Of a stretch of 64,000 bases of DNA, positions 14,220 through 26,900 are shown one piece after another. The notes beneath the pieces were generated by a model. That model was given only the letters and a program-made list of their open reading frames with translations. It was not told the DNA's origin and did not search any database. Source of the stretch: Oikopleura dioica (Eukaryota > Animalia > Chordata); assembly GCA_907165135.1 (NCBI GenBank), contig OU015569.1, positions 11,408,001 through 11,472,000 of the forward strand, read 5' to 3'. The position numbers were made by a program, and so were the translations under genes. Position 1 is the first letter of the stretch. The number at the start of each line of letters is the position of its first letter.

Positions 14220-14533
14220 CGCTAAAGAAAAGAAAGGTAGAATAAGATTGAACGGAGAAGAAGATTATTAATAAATAAAAAAGAGTGATAAGAACGAAAA
14301 TTGTTACGGAAGAAGTATTACGGAAGATAGGTTACAACTTTCATGCGATTGAAGATCAGTGAACAGAAATGAAGAAATATGTTTTTGACAAAGTTGAATC
14401 ATTTGAAATTGCAAAATATATGGAAAGAAATGAACCTTGCTTGAAAGAATGGTGAATCATGCTTTGGCGGTAAAGTAAGTGAGGGTTCAAGTTCTCGTAT
14501 AAAGTACTGTCAGTTTGAGCGAAAGTTCGAATA

Positions 14534-17500
14534 TTAAAATCGCTGGATTTCGAAAAGTTTCACGTCCGTGTCGAACCAAATCGGCGGGTCCGTGTTCCTC
14601 AAGTAAATGACGCCCCAGGTGTACGTTTGGAGCCACCTATTCGTACCCAGATTCGTTTGATAACGCCTAAACGATTGTAACTATTGCCATTTTCAGCTTA
14701 TTACCTGATTAAAATCGGATGTGGGACGGGAAGAAGACCAACTAGGGTGCCACTCTTGATGAATTTTAAAATGTCGTTTTCATCCGAAATCTGCTTGTCG
14801 AGGCAAATCTTCTCAACCTGTGGGACGAGGACTTGCAGCAATCTCATAATCGTCTGCAAGGGCAGTCTGTTTTTCCAGGAGGAGGCCCAGTTCGACGTGG
14901 CCTCCCACTGCGGCGCTTCCGAAACATCGCAATCGACTAATTTGTTGTTGAAACTTTTGTTAAAAAGCGGAGTCTCAAAATCTTGTCTAAAAGACAAGAG
15001 AGGCGTTTTACTCACCCTCTGTTTGCTTTGTTCCGTCTAATATCTCTTCCGTCATCTTCATCACTTGCGGGATAGAGCTATTAAACTTTTAGATAAAAAT
15101 GGCTCGAGTTGGAAGATTTTTCAATTACTATAGATAGAAACTAACTAAAACTTTTATCGGTAATTTACCGATAAAAAAAACCTTCTTTTGCCAATAAAAA
15201 AAAATAATTTACGAAATTAATTTAACAAAAATATTAAGTAACAAATTAATTCTCCATGATTGATATCTTACCTATGATGCTCTATTTGAATATTTTGCCC
15301 GGTTTCGATACTCATTTCTTGGCTTTCGTTTTCAGCCTTTTCGTTGAGCAGCGTCTCTTCATTTTTAAACTTTAGCTGCTCGCTCGTTTTCTTTTTCTCG
15401 CTGCTCGAATTCATCTCCCCGTTTGACAAGATGTTATCGGCCACGGTCGTCTCAAAAGTCGCGTTTTCTCGTCGCCGATCGAGACTGACTCGTCTGACTC
15501 GATGTTTGAGTTGAGCTGGTTCTCCTCGTTGATTCCAGCGTTCGAGGAACTGCGGAACTCTTCGCGATGCTCTGTTGCGATTTGCTTGAGCTTCTCGTGC
15601 CGCTTTTTCGCGTCACTACTATTCATTTTTAGCAACTCATAAAAACAAGAAAGGATAAAAGACCGAAATGACAATTTCTTCTTCCTAAAAGCTCCTGTCC
15701 AAATTTGAATAATTTTTATTAAAAAAATTTTATCAGCGTCATTGAAAACTTGTTTAAACAATAAGCGTCATACTCAGGTCCTGTATTAGTAAAACCCTAA
15801 CCCTAAAACAGGGTCAAACTCAGGGTTTTGAGTTAAATTTACTTTCAGCTTTGCAATGTAAGCCTGAATTAAAAAAAACATGATTCTGGCACAGGTTTTC
15901 ACTAAAAACCTGTGAAGGAATATTTCTTGTCTTTTGACATCGGGAATTGAGTTTCTGAGTCTGGCAGCCAGACTCGGGCTTGCAAAAATCTCTAACAGAA
16001 AAGCTGCTGTGAGAAAAAAGAGGTTTTTTGCTGGATGTGAAAGACTTGTTTGCTTTTAGAAAGATAAGAGGCGGAAAAGAGAATGTGCTTACTTTTTGGT
16101 TCTTTTGCTTTTGAGTCTGTCGATCGAGTTTGAATCGGTCGGGAGAGCAGCTAGTTGGTAGAAGATCTTGCGGCGGCGGATGATCGAGTAAACGAGTGGC
16201 GAGTTACCGTCGAATTGGTACTGAATCAGGTTGTTGAACGATTCCAACAGGAAAAAGACGAGATGGTGGTTTTGCTGGTGCGAGAAGAGGAACGAGGGTT
16301 GGGAGAAAATTTCCATAAGTTGGAGGAGCTTCGTTGCAGTCGCCATGCTCAGATTCTATTTTGGAGGGTTAGATTTGCTTCAAGATCAATTTCAAATAAG
16401 AGAAAGAGCCTATTTTTATGTTTGCAAGTGCAAATTTGGAGTTAGGCTTCTCTTCGTACCTTTAGATAGGGAGAAATATTGACGATAACTGTAAGAAGGC
16501 AGTCATATAGCGAGCAAATTCGAGCATGGCCAGTCGTGATCAACTTGTGGAAAATGATGATGAGCAAGTCGGCATGCGTGCCATTGAAACTGGGAACATC
16601 CAGGGCCGCTCTAGATGTCCAAGTAGCATTCAAGCGGACGCCGAAATTGCGCTCGCCGGAAAAAAGCAAAAGCAGAAAAACAGAAATGTGAATCAGTCCC
16701 AGCCGCGACGGATCGTTACGGGCCTCGTTCAAATGATGCAGAATCGGCACCAACAGGTCGAGCATGTCGCCAGTTTTGAGAATGTGGTGGAGAAACGTCT
16801 TGTTCAAATCGCAAATGCGCCAAATCAGTAGCAACAGCTCCTGGTGGCACGACAGCCGCTTCTGTGATGAAGGCAGATAAGAGCTGAAAACAAGCAGACT
16901 TAGCGGTTTTCCTTTCTTTGCAAAAGAACATTAAATAAGACAAATAAATGGCTGAGCATTTGTCGAAGAAAAAAATAGTAGGTACATATTGATTGCACTT
17001 TTTTTAAGGGTGTAGCCTCCGATTTGGCCATTTTAACGATGAGTCTGCGGGATGGGCAAAATTGACGAGTACACCCCTAATTGCGAATAAAACTTGTTTT
17101 ATACGCGTGGTGATTAGAATTAAGAGCGTACACAGCAGATTATAGCGGCATGAGATCCGCTGCGTACTCCCTTAATAAATGGTATAAAATAGATTTTGTC
17201 GTGTTGAATATGATGCATTTCTACTTGGTATAAAGATTCATTCAAGAGTATATTTTGAATACCTTTGAATTCGACTTTTTTCTATCTATTTCCACTTACG
17301 TTCTTAACGAGAAAGCATAACACTTGTATGTTGTAAATTCAATTGAAGTGATTTTTCAATCAGAAAAAGACAATTTTCAGTCAAAATTTTCAATAACACG
17401 AAATTCAAGTTATTGTTTCTTTTTCTGTAGCTACCTTTGTAATGGATTGTAAATTAGTCGAGTGAGGCCCTTTATAATGAACTGGAAGTCCTCTTCTCTG

Positions 17501-18420
17501 TGAAGGCGATTGATCAAATAAAGGAACTTGTTTCCTTCGTCTTCAAAAGAACCAGGGATGCCCTTATCCGACGGTTTTTCAAGAAGAACGACGAGTAGTT
17601 GCGAACAAGCTTCTACCAGAGGCTCTCGAGTATCCGTCCAGAGTAAGTGGTGATAAGGAACGCCGCTGGGGTCGTAAGAACAGATCGTGTTCAAGAGGGA
17701 GGCAAGAAGCGGCAGAGAATGTTGCGATCGGGTAATGAGCGGAACCCAGCTGTTCTGCGGCGCCTGGCCGTTCTGCCACTTGTCCGCCGAAGCAGGCTCT
17801 GTGTACAATGTTTCTGAAGAAAGCGTGATCAATAGACGGATGAGCTCGCAGCGAGTGTTCTCGAGGGTCGAGTCCGACGGCGGTGAAACAAGAATGCCAA
17901 CTCCAGCTTCCCAAATGGCCTCAACAGCGGAGTCGGACTTGGAAACCGAGTGATGGGCGCCGATGCCCGGGCAGAACATCAACTCGATGATGATTTCCAC
18001 CAGCTTGTCGGCTAGCGTTCGGTTCTCAACGCCATCGTTGTCTTGGGACGGGATTTTGGAGTGATAGAAGCCGACCCACTCGGAATCCTCGTAGACTAGG
18101 GGCGTCAATCGAGTGAGTAAACGGACAGCGTTCATCGTCTGCTTCAGATTCTTTTTCGCCTTTTCTGTTTCTTCCCTGGCTTCTTTCAGCGAGGACTCGA
18201 GACGCTCTACCGATTTGTAGATCAACTGGGCGAGAGAACTTGGATGTTCTTCCCGCAACGACCGAATTTCGGAGCTGGGAATAAGCGCCCAAATGTCGGA
18301 AGCATTGGCGATTCCTTCCGACTTCCAAAAACTCTCCCAAAACGCATCATCGCCCTGGTCGCCCGTTTCTAGTTGAATCACCGCTCGACGAAACGCCAAC
18401 CGCGACTCATTTTGGCCCAT
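14534..18420 (-). CDS. HID1: HID1 domain-containing protein (Dymeclin/HID1 family)
   Basis: MGQNESRLAFRRAV; IWEAGVG; LHREEDFQFI; LLLFSGERNFGVRLN; QYQFDGNSPLVYSIIRRR; GTLVGLLPVPHPILIRRY; WGVIYLRNTDPPIWFDTDVKLFEIQ. Confidence 0.95.
17004..17175. mobile_element. Short TTAA-bounded MITE(s) in HID1 intron
   Basis: TTAAGGGTGTA ... TACTCCCTTAA ends with internal TACACCCCTAA and TTAAGAGCGTAC. Confidence 0.5.
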
Positions 18421-18520
18421 TCTTAGTTCAAATTATTCAATAAACGTTTTAACAACGAATGGAATTTTTTGGAAAGAGAAAGAGTGAGAGAGAGAGATGT
18501 AAGTAAGTTGTTGTTTTAGG

Positions 18521-19860
18521 TCAATATTTTTTGAATTTTTCACAGATCGTATGGTACGTGGCAGTTTTGTCGTCTTCCTTCCTTCTTAACTCTTCGATAT
18601 AGTTCCTCAGGTTTTCCTTCTTTTCTTCTTTCCGAGCCTGAACAATAATAAATCAGAATCAAGTAAACCAGACGACGAGAAAGATAATTTGAAAGAGACT
18701 TACAACTTCTAGCTCGGCTTCTTTCTTCGCCCTCCTTTCCCTGAATCGAAGGATTTCGTCAACAGTGCGTTGGGCCTGGTCCTGCACTTTTTTGATTTTG
18801 TCGGCAAAGACTCCTTCCGCGACGACTTTTAAATGGCGATCAAGTGGATCGATCGTGTACTTGTCGTCCAGATCATCGTCGTCGTCCTCTTCTTCTGACG
18901 AGGAGAGCATGGGAAGAATGTCGGACATTTCCTTGTTGTCCTGGTCTTTTTTCGAGCCCTTCTTCCCCTTCATTTCCGTGTCTTCAACCAGCTCGTGTTC
19001 TACGCTGTTCAAATTTGCCAAAGCAAAAAATAACAAAAAAGAATCATCCGAGATTTATTTTTGACAAAATTGCCTAGAAGCATTGAGATCTTCTCTAAGT
19101 AGTCGCTTGAGCTCTCGTTCTACTTCTGGCGCCTCGCAATGGCGCTTTTTGATCACCTTCCTGAAACGGCTCTTTTTGACGTTTTTCAGCGGTGGTGTCA
19201 CTCCAGCGAGCAGTTGAAACCTCCTGTCGTCCTTCATCCCTGGGATCTCGTTGCGAGGGTTGATGTCTTTTTCGTGCTCGGCGCATATCAGCATTTGACT
19301 ATCAAAGTGGTTAATTTTCTTGAAAGATATGGACGAGAATAAGGTTAACGATCGAAGTTTTCACAAGCGCAACTACTTCCGATAGTATTTCTACACCTCA
19401 AATCGTGAAATTACTGTAAGAACGATCAATTATGGCTCTAACTCCAAACATGCATCTAAATCTCAGACAGATTGAAGCATCTCAGTCAAGGTGCTCACCT
19501 TATGGACGAGTTCTTATAGAAAGTTTTCTTGTCCGTGGTCTTGTACGCTTCGACCACAGTCGGCAAGTCGCAGAGTCTGCCCTTGAGTAGCTGATCATCC
19601 CACTTTACGGCACAATGGCGCTTGTCCTGATTCCATTTCACCGTCAGTCGATTCTGATTTCCCTTTTTGAAACTGACAACAACAACGACTCAACCAACCT
19701 CAATGCTCTGCTCGTAATACGTGTCATTGGCATCTTTCTCGATTAGCGACTGGAGCTTCTCGCTTTCTAGCTTCAGGTTCTGGCGAATTTGCTCAGCGAT
19801 ATTCTCTGGGAAACGAATAATGGTACACGACTCTAACGCGGGCTCATTGATCCCGTTCAT
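18521..19860 (-). CDS. TAF7: TFIID subunit 7 (TAFII55)
   Basis: LESCTIIRFP; GRLCDLPTVVEAYKTTDKKTFYK; QMLIC; GVTPPLKNVKKSRFRK; PEVERELKRLLRED; acidic tract and C-terminal coiled coil. Confidence 0.92.
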
Positions 19861-20024
19861 TTTCGTTTATGCTTAATTTATTCATCAAAAATCAGTAAGT
19901 CAAAAGATGATGCTAATTTTGGCCTAAAGTTGTATCAAAGAAAGGGTGTTGCAGAAGAGAAAATATATTTCAAACTCGATATAAAAATATAGTAAAAGAA
20001 GCAGAAAAATCGAAAAGGAAAAAC

Positions 20025-20733
20025 TCAAGAAAAGTGCTTCCCGATCAAATTATCCAAAGTCGCCTTAGACTTGGCGTCAAGAAAAGCACAAGCCAAGCTG
20101 AACTCTCTCGACTTTTGCAAAGACGCAAGAATGGCTTTAACTCTTTCTTCTTTTTGATTTATGGAGGCGAGACAGTCGCAGATCTCATCGAGCGGCTCGC
20201 AGGAGTCCTTGAAAATGACGGCGTCGTTCAATTTCAGCAAAATAGCTTGACGCGTTGCTTGGTTCGCCTGGGCGCGTCGCCACGAAGTCTTGAACTGCGA
20301 ATAAGTCGAAATCGCCTCTACTTCGAAGTCCAGCTCGATCGCTTTTTGAATCGTTTCTATTTCTCTGTCCAGCGCGGCTGAAAGAAAAAAGAAATGAGCG
20401 AAATGCGGCGTAATTAATTATTTATACCTGCAACAGGATTCCAGCAGTGCTTGTTTGGCGCCAAAATAGAGTCGACTTGCTCCTTGCGGTCAAGCGCGCG
20501 CAGGTGTGAGCCATCAACGATCCCTTTGAATTCGTCGTAAGTTGCGACTCGTTGATCCACGGCGCGGAATTTGGCGCTGTTTTCTGAAGAAATTAATGAT
20601 CAGAATGCTATCAAATAATTAGACCTCTATAAGGCCCCTACTTACCTAATTGGTAGCGATCTTCTTTAGCAATAAGTTCTTCAATTGCGCCAAGGATTTC
20701 ATTTACATCTGGCTTCAAGCGTTTCCAAACCAT
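20025..20733 (-). CDS. CCDC103: Coiled-coil domain-containing protein 103 (dynein arm attachment factor)
   Basis: Spliced [37 protein letters not shown] matches the CCDC103 N-terminal domain; RPAP3_C-like C-terminus ([11 protein letters not shown]). Confidence 0.85.
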
Positions 20734-21124
20734 TATAATTTAAGTTTCTGAATTGATTTACCCGTTAGAAAAGTAAATATAGCGATTTGTTCATGAAAAA
20801 GCGTGATCAAAACGCTTAGTTGGCGAAACTCTTTACTTAGCGAATGACTTACTCGTTAGATTTCTCAGGTTTTTAATTGATTAACTGTAACAACTGAGAT
20901 CAACACTAGTCCCTTATCATATTCTAGAGACAGTCTTTCTAGCAGTCTCATAATGAGACTCTCATTAGTTAGAACAAGTTGTTATATTTTAAGATTTTAT
21001 TGGAGACATAAATGAAAGGAAAAAGATAAATGGCAGGTTTGTAGGGTTTTCTAAGTTGATGAAAGCGAAGTTGAAGATCACTGCGGCTAGGAGAAGGGCT
21101 TTTAGTAATTGGATCATTTTTAAT

Positions 21125-21487
21125 TCATACTTTGGCGTGCGAAGCGGCTGAACGGGAGGCACCCTGGGGCGCCTTTTTCTGGAAGAAATCGGTCACCGAA
21201 CGCTGCCCTTTTATTTTCGGAAGGAGGGAGATGTGTTCTGATTGTCCTTCTGCTTCTGAAATTGCTAGAGTAAGAAACTGCTGTGTTCCACTTGAAAAAT
21301 TACCCATAGTAAGATGATTGGAGCTGTTGTCAAACATCATCTTCAGAGTTCTCTTCTCAATATCAGTTTTAAGTTGTGAGGCCTTGTCGCCGCAACTGTT
21401 CTTCAAAAAGGTCGATACTGTAATTCGATTCTTGACCAACGGCTGCAAAACATTTCCATGCCCCTCCCATTCTCGTGAGCGTTTCAT
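21125..21487 (-). CDS. Small orphan protein (120 aa) with C-terminal PIP-box QRSVTDFF
   Basis: Uninterrupted ORF after TTTTTTAG acceptor plus A-rich leader, like neighbouring genes; Q-x-x-V-T-D-F-F motif. Confidence 0.6.
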   Translation of the reverse strand: MKRSREWEGHGNVLQPLVKNRITVSTFLKNSCGDKASQLKTDIEKRTLKMMFDNSSNHLTMGNFSSGTQQFLTLAISEAEGQSEHISLLPKIKGQRSVTDFFQKKAPQGASRSAASHAKV

Positions 21488-21823
21488 TTTCTTTTTCTAA
21501 AAAAGAATTGCTGGCATTCGAATAAATTAAGATTTTAATAATATCAACGCTTGAGGAAAACCAGCTAATTTGAAATTAAATGTAAAGCGATTTGGTCAGA
21601 CACGGGATTTCAGTGAGCGTGCGTATAAATGAAAGATGTAACGGTGATGCGAATCGTTGATCTTGGTCGAACGTATGGGTTAACGGTATTTGTTTCAATG
21701 AAGGTATTCTTTGGCAGAATCGATTATCCGTAAAAAAAGAGAGATGGGATTCCCATCATGGGAAAAGAGATGGAGAGAACCGAGTATAATCTGGTTCGAA
21801 TAGAAGCAACTATATGAAAACGA

Positions 21824-22472
21824 CTAATCGTACTCATTCAAGTAGAACTGCTTGGCCTGATCAGCTGCTGCTTCTGCTAAACAAAAGTATTAGGACAAGT
21901 CGATTTTTCTCCATTACCGAGTCGATTTGCCTCTTCGTTGCCCTCCTCGCCAGAATGGCCTTCAACGTATTGGTACGAAATGTCGACTTGATTGTTTGCG
22001 ATGTCGTGGATTTCGCTGAAGATTTCTTGGTGAACGACGGGTCTTCCTCTCGACGAGTACCAAGTTCCATCGTCATCAGCGTTGTCAATCCACTTGTAAA
22101 TGTAATCGGTCAAACTGTCGATGCAGAACATGGAATCTGTCCGGATTTCTAAGCTGTCGATTTCGTACTTGGCTGCGTGACTAAAATACGAGTGAAATCA
22201 CTTTTCATTGTTATAGATCATTACCGTGCAGCGTAGAGAATCGCTCTAGCTTCGGCGAATTGGTTGGTGTTCTCTTCGATGTTGTGCCTCGGGAAGTAGA
22301 CAGAGAATCGGCCATTTTTTCGGTAGTCGCCCCAGTACACACCAGAGCCGCTGTGGCGTACATCTCTTCGATGATTGCCTCGGCACGCGCCGTCCGTGTA
22401 TACGACGACGATGTCATCGTCATCAACGAGATAGCCGTCATTACGGATGTAGAGGCTTCGGAAGGGCTGCAT
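21824..22472 (-). CDS. Ribonuclease H1-type protein, copy A (catalytic domain only, acidic)
   Basis: VYTDGACRGN, TNQFAEARA, IRTDS, YVEGHSGEEGNEEANRLA; two short introns; TAG at 21824-21826. Confidence 0.9.
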
Positions 22473-22909
22473 CTCGGAGAATCGCAACAATCTGAGTTTT
22501 ATGACTCGATTGAGGAATAAATAAAAAATTTTAATAAAAGAGACAAGGAAAGATAATGAAAGCGATTTCACTTGCAGTCAAAAGATGGCGTTTCTTGTGT
22601 CAATGTACGCCAAGAGGTTTAAGGAAGCTACGACAACAATGTGATGGGTTTATGTTGATCTTGGTTGATCAAAGGTATGGGTGAGCGGTATTCGTTTCAA
22701 TAAAGGCATTCTTTGGCAGAACTGATTATCCGTAGAAAAAAGAAAGAAAGATATGGAAAAGACATGAATTGAAGCTGAAATTTTCAGCACAGTTGAAGCG
22801 AAAAAACGAGGTGAAAGACAGGAGATCTGTCTGAGGACCGTGAAGCTGTTTGAAAGGTATTCGTGAGAAAGAGATAAATAACTGAAGTTATCGGCAGAAT
22901 TGGTTACGC

Positions 22910-23667
22910 TCAATAAGCAGGACTAGCGGAAATGTACCCAATACGGGCGACGTTGTTGTTGTTGATCAGATCATCGGCAGTAAGCTTGGAAGACTTTTGT
23001 TGCCCAGAAGAAGCCGCAGACTTTGCCTGTAGCTTCTTTCGATTGTAGAAGTAGGTGGCACGATCCGCTGCGACTTCCGCTAAAAACCAAAATAAAAAAA
23101 GTGCCCTTTTGAGTTTAAAATTACCAAGTCTGTCTGCAGCATCGTTGCCACGCTCGCCACTATGTCCTGGAACGTATTGGTAAGAAATGTTGACGCGCTT
23201 AGAAATGTTGTAGATTTCGCGGAAGATTTTTTGGTGGACGACGGGGCTTCCTTTCTGCGAGCGCCAAATTCCATCCTTGTCGGCGTTGCGAATCCAGTTG
23301 TCAATGAACTTGGTCAGACTCTCGATGCAGAACTTCGAATCCGTGCGGATTTCTAAGCGATTAATTCCGGCTCTTTTTGCATAACTTAAAAATAGTTTAT
23401 TATGAAAATCAGCGTTAGATAAATACCGAGCAGCGTAGAGAATCGCTCTAGCTTCAGCGTACTGGTTGGTGTTCAGTGCATCATCGTGCTTCGGGAAGGG
23501 GATGCTATAGCTTTTCGATAATCTCCCCAAAAGATGCCAGATCCGCTGTGACGCCCATTTTTTCGATTGTTATTTCGGCAAGCCCCGTCGGTGTACACAA
23601 CAACTGTTCCATCGTTTTTAATAAGGAACCCGTCGTCGCGGACCTTGAGGTTTTGGTAGAGCTGCAT
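22910..23667 (-). CDS. Ribonuclease H1-type protein, copy B, with apparent -1 frameshift near 23512 (pseudogene or sequence error)
   Basis: VYTDGACRNN then frame change to SYSIPFPKH...TNQYAEARA, IRTDS, YVPGHSGERGNDAADRLA; same two intron positions as copy A. Confidence 0.85.
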
Positions 23668-23996
23668 CTCGAACAATCTGAGCTTGTTATTGTCAACAAA
23701 GATTGCAATACTGTCTTAGACTATCACTAATAGTACAAGATTCAAAAAGACAAAACTGTTTTTAATTTTTCCAATAATATTTATTCACGATAACGGTTGT
23801 AACTTGTGGAATATGTCAGGCAATACGGTGAAAACAAGTAGATTTGCAGATCCAGAATATGGATGCAATTAAATTTAGCACTAAAACGAAAGAGCGTGTT
23901 TTTGGAATGGCGGAGTGTTGTTCTCCTTTGAAGTAAATGAGTGAAAGTGTATCTGTAAAATGATAGATTCAGGCAGTGAGTTTGGATTGAGTTAAC

Positions 23997-26900
23997 TCAA
24001 AAGAATCCGTAATCGTCATTATCCGGGTCTTGGTTCGGCGGGACATTTTCTTCGTCGCCGATTCTTCTTGCGACGGTATATCCTTCAAGCGATTTCTCAA
24101 GCTATAAAAATTCATGAATAATAGATGATGTCTTTTTGCCATACCTTGTAAGCACATTGGACTTCAGCAAGGTCAGTAAGAATGTCTGTGAATTCTTTGT
24201 CGTGGGTGATGATCACAAACTGCGTTTTGAGATTATATCCTCGAGCAGTCTTGGCGAGATCGACAACGGTTTCCGCAAATCTTCTGATCGCGTCTTTGTC
24301 CAAATTGGTCGTTGGTTCGTCGAGCGTCAGAATTCCGGAGTTGCAGAAGGTCTCCATCAAAGCAAGACGAATGACGAGCGAGGCGAGCATTCTTTGACCA
24401 GCTGATGCTCGGCCACGCATTGACAGAACTGCTCCATCTGGTCGGTGCATGTTCACGCCTTCAAATTAACCGTTATAACAGGACCTTAGCTATTGAAAAG
24501 AGCTAGCTTTAATTCCCAAAAGACCAGTGCTAGCTACGTTTTTACTTACAGTACTCCATGTTTGATCGCTGCGAAGCTGACGTCTTACTATCCTTAGCGC
24601 TGATACTGATGAACTCAATGTCCGTTCCCTGAAAATAAAATTAACCAAAAGACCAAAGAAGTCTGATTAACCTGGTAGGAGGTCTTCCAGAGCTGAGCAA
24701 TGATTGCGTTGAGCTTCTGCATCTGTTTCTGATGAACATCGATGATCGCCGTTCCCAAGGCCTGAGAAAACTTGTCCAAATCCCTGGCGAATGCCTTGTC
24801 GACTTGAAGCTGCAACTGGGTCAAGTAAAACTCCTTTTCCTGATCTTCTCCGTCTTCCGCATTCGCTGCTTGCAAACGTGAGATCATTTCCATCTTTTGC
24901 GTCTTTGCGCCTTCCGCTCCTACACAAAAAAGAAATAAACATGTTTTTACCAAGAAAAACGCGCTTACTTGATCGCCCGTCAAGAATCTCTTCTCGTTTC
25001 ACTCTCGTATTTTCTAGCCTCTCGGCGAGGTTGTTTCCTTCACAATATCCGGCCTCATGCAAATAGCTTTCGAATGCTTTGTATTCCTCCTTTGCTTTTG
25101 TATAAGAATCAGCTGAATACAAAATTATTAAAAAGTCGACAGTAGTTTTTAGCTTACCAGTCTCGTCTAGCTCCGTTTGCTTGACCAAAAGAGCTCTAGC
25201 ATTTTGCAACTTTGACTTCCGCACTTCAAACTCGCCTCGTCTCGACTGCAGCTCTTCAATTACTTCGATAAATTTACCAAGTTCTTTTTCAGCCTCCTGG
25301 ATTTGCTCCGTGACTTGTTGTTTTGCTTCTTCAGCTCGTTCTTTCGAGAAGCTCTGGTATCTTTCTTGATGTTGCTTGAAGGAGTTCTTGAGTGAAGTAA
25401 CGCAAGCGGCAATTTTTCACACGCGACTTTCGCCTTGTTGATTTTTTGGTCGAAGCTCTGTCGAATTCGTTGATTTTCAGCTCGCAAAAGGCTCTGTTCT
25501 TTTCCTATATCCTTGAGGTGCTCGTTGGCGCTATCGATTTCCGCCTGGATTCTAGCTACTTCAGATTCAAGTTGGCTCTTTTGTTGAATCATCTCTTCCG
25601 AGTTCGATCCCATCGATTTTTCCAACTTGGCGATTTCTTCACGAGTTTTATTCAATTGCTCGTTTAGCGTTCGCTGCTTCGTGGAGAGCTGACTTTGTCG
25701 TTGACGAAGGTCGCTTTCAGCTGCTTCTAGTTGCTTGATTTCGTCCTTGACGGATTTGAGCTCATTTCGGACGTCGACGACGCTCTTTTGCGTCTCCACC
25801 CCCATTTGCGTCAATTCACGTTCGATTTTGACCAGCCGCGCTTTGACTGGATTCAACTGCTGACTCGCTGATGTGAAGATCTCAAACTGGTCAAATGCTG
25901 TCAATTGCAGTTTGTTCTTGATTGTTTCCAAGCTCTTCTTTTTTTTCTCGAGCTTGATCTTGTCTTCGTTGAGCTTGAGTATTTGGCTCTTGAGGGTCTT
26001 TTGCTGTGCAGTGATCTTTGCTTCCTCGGCTTCGTCCCTTTCGATTTCTTCAAGGACAGTGATGTGGGTCTTTTTCTTCTCGATATCTGAGCGGAGATCG
26101 TCCAAATCCGACTTAAGCTGGGGTCCATTCTTGAAGCTCATGTTTGACTTGCAGTAATCGATGGTTTTGTTCAACTTATCACCACTCAGCCCATTCGTAC
26201 AAACAGGACAGCTCTTCTTCTTTTCAACGGAGCTGAGAAATTGCTTGAAGAGCTTCTTTCCCTCTTCCATTGCTTGCACTTTTTCCGAAAGCTCAGTTTC
26301 TTCGGAGGTTAGTTCGCTGAGCTTCGATCGTTCGTCTGCCAGTTCTCCGAGAATCTCGGATTCGATCTTTTCCCTGTTCGTAACTAGGCGAGTTTGAACT
26401 TTGACCAGTTCCTTTTTCAGCGTCTTTTCATCAGACTGCTTTTGGAAGAGAGCTTGCACTTGCCGCTAGAAATAAGGATTAGGGATAATCTACTAAATGA
26501 GCCCCAAAAGTACATCTATACTCGTACCTTGAGAGCATCTTCGTTTCGAGAAAAATCCTTGGAGTATTTCATCGACCACGATTCCAGGTCGTCTTTGGAA
26601 ACATCATCTAGGTCGGTAAAACCGTCGATTTGGCTGAAGATCTCCGTCAGAATATCACTTGACTTTCTGACTTCGCTTTCCATCCTTGAAATTTCGGCTT
26701 CTTTCGACTTCTTTTCGCGCAAAAGGTCCTCCATCTGTTGGCTCTTTTCCTCTTCTTCCTCGAGCTGTTCTTTTTGTTGAGAAAGAGTGTCTTTTTCATC
26801 TGAAGCCTTTGTCAAGGAAGTTTCTATTTCTTCAAATACGCCCTCCCAATCGACCGCATTATAGTCTTTTTCCAAAGCGTCGCGTTTTCTCAAAAATCGA

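Noticed and set aside
21824-23667. RNase H as part of a retrotransposon pol
   Set aside because: No RT, integrase or LTRs nearby; shared spliceosomal introns; cellular-type GHSG loop
25385-25440. Apparent -1 frameshift in RAD50 at GAA AAA TTG
   Set aside because: A 41-nt GT-AG or 47-nt GC-AG phase-0 intron ending CTCAAG restores the frame and matches local intron sizes
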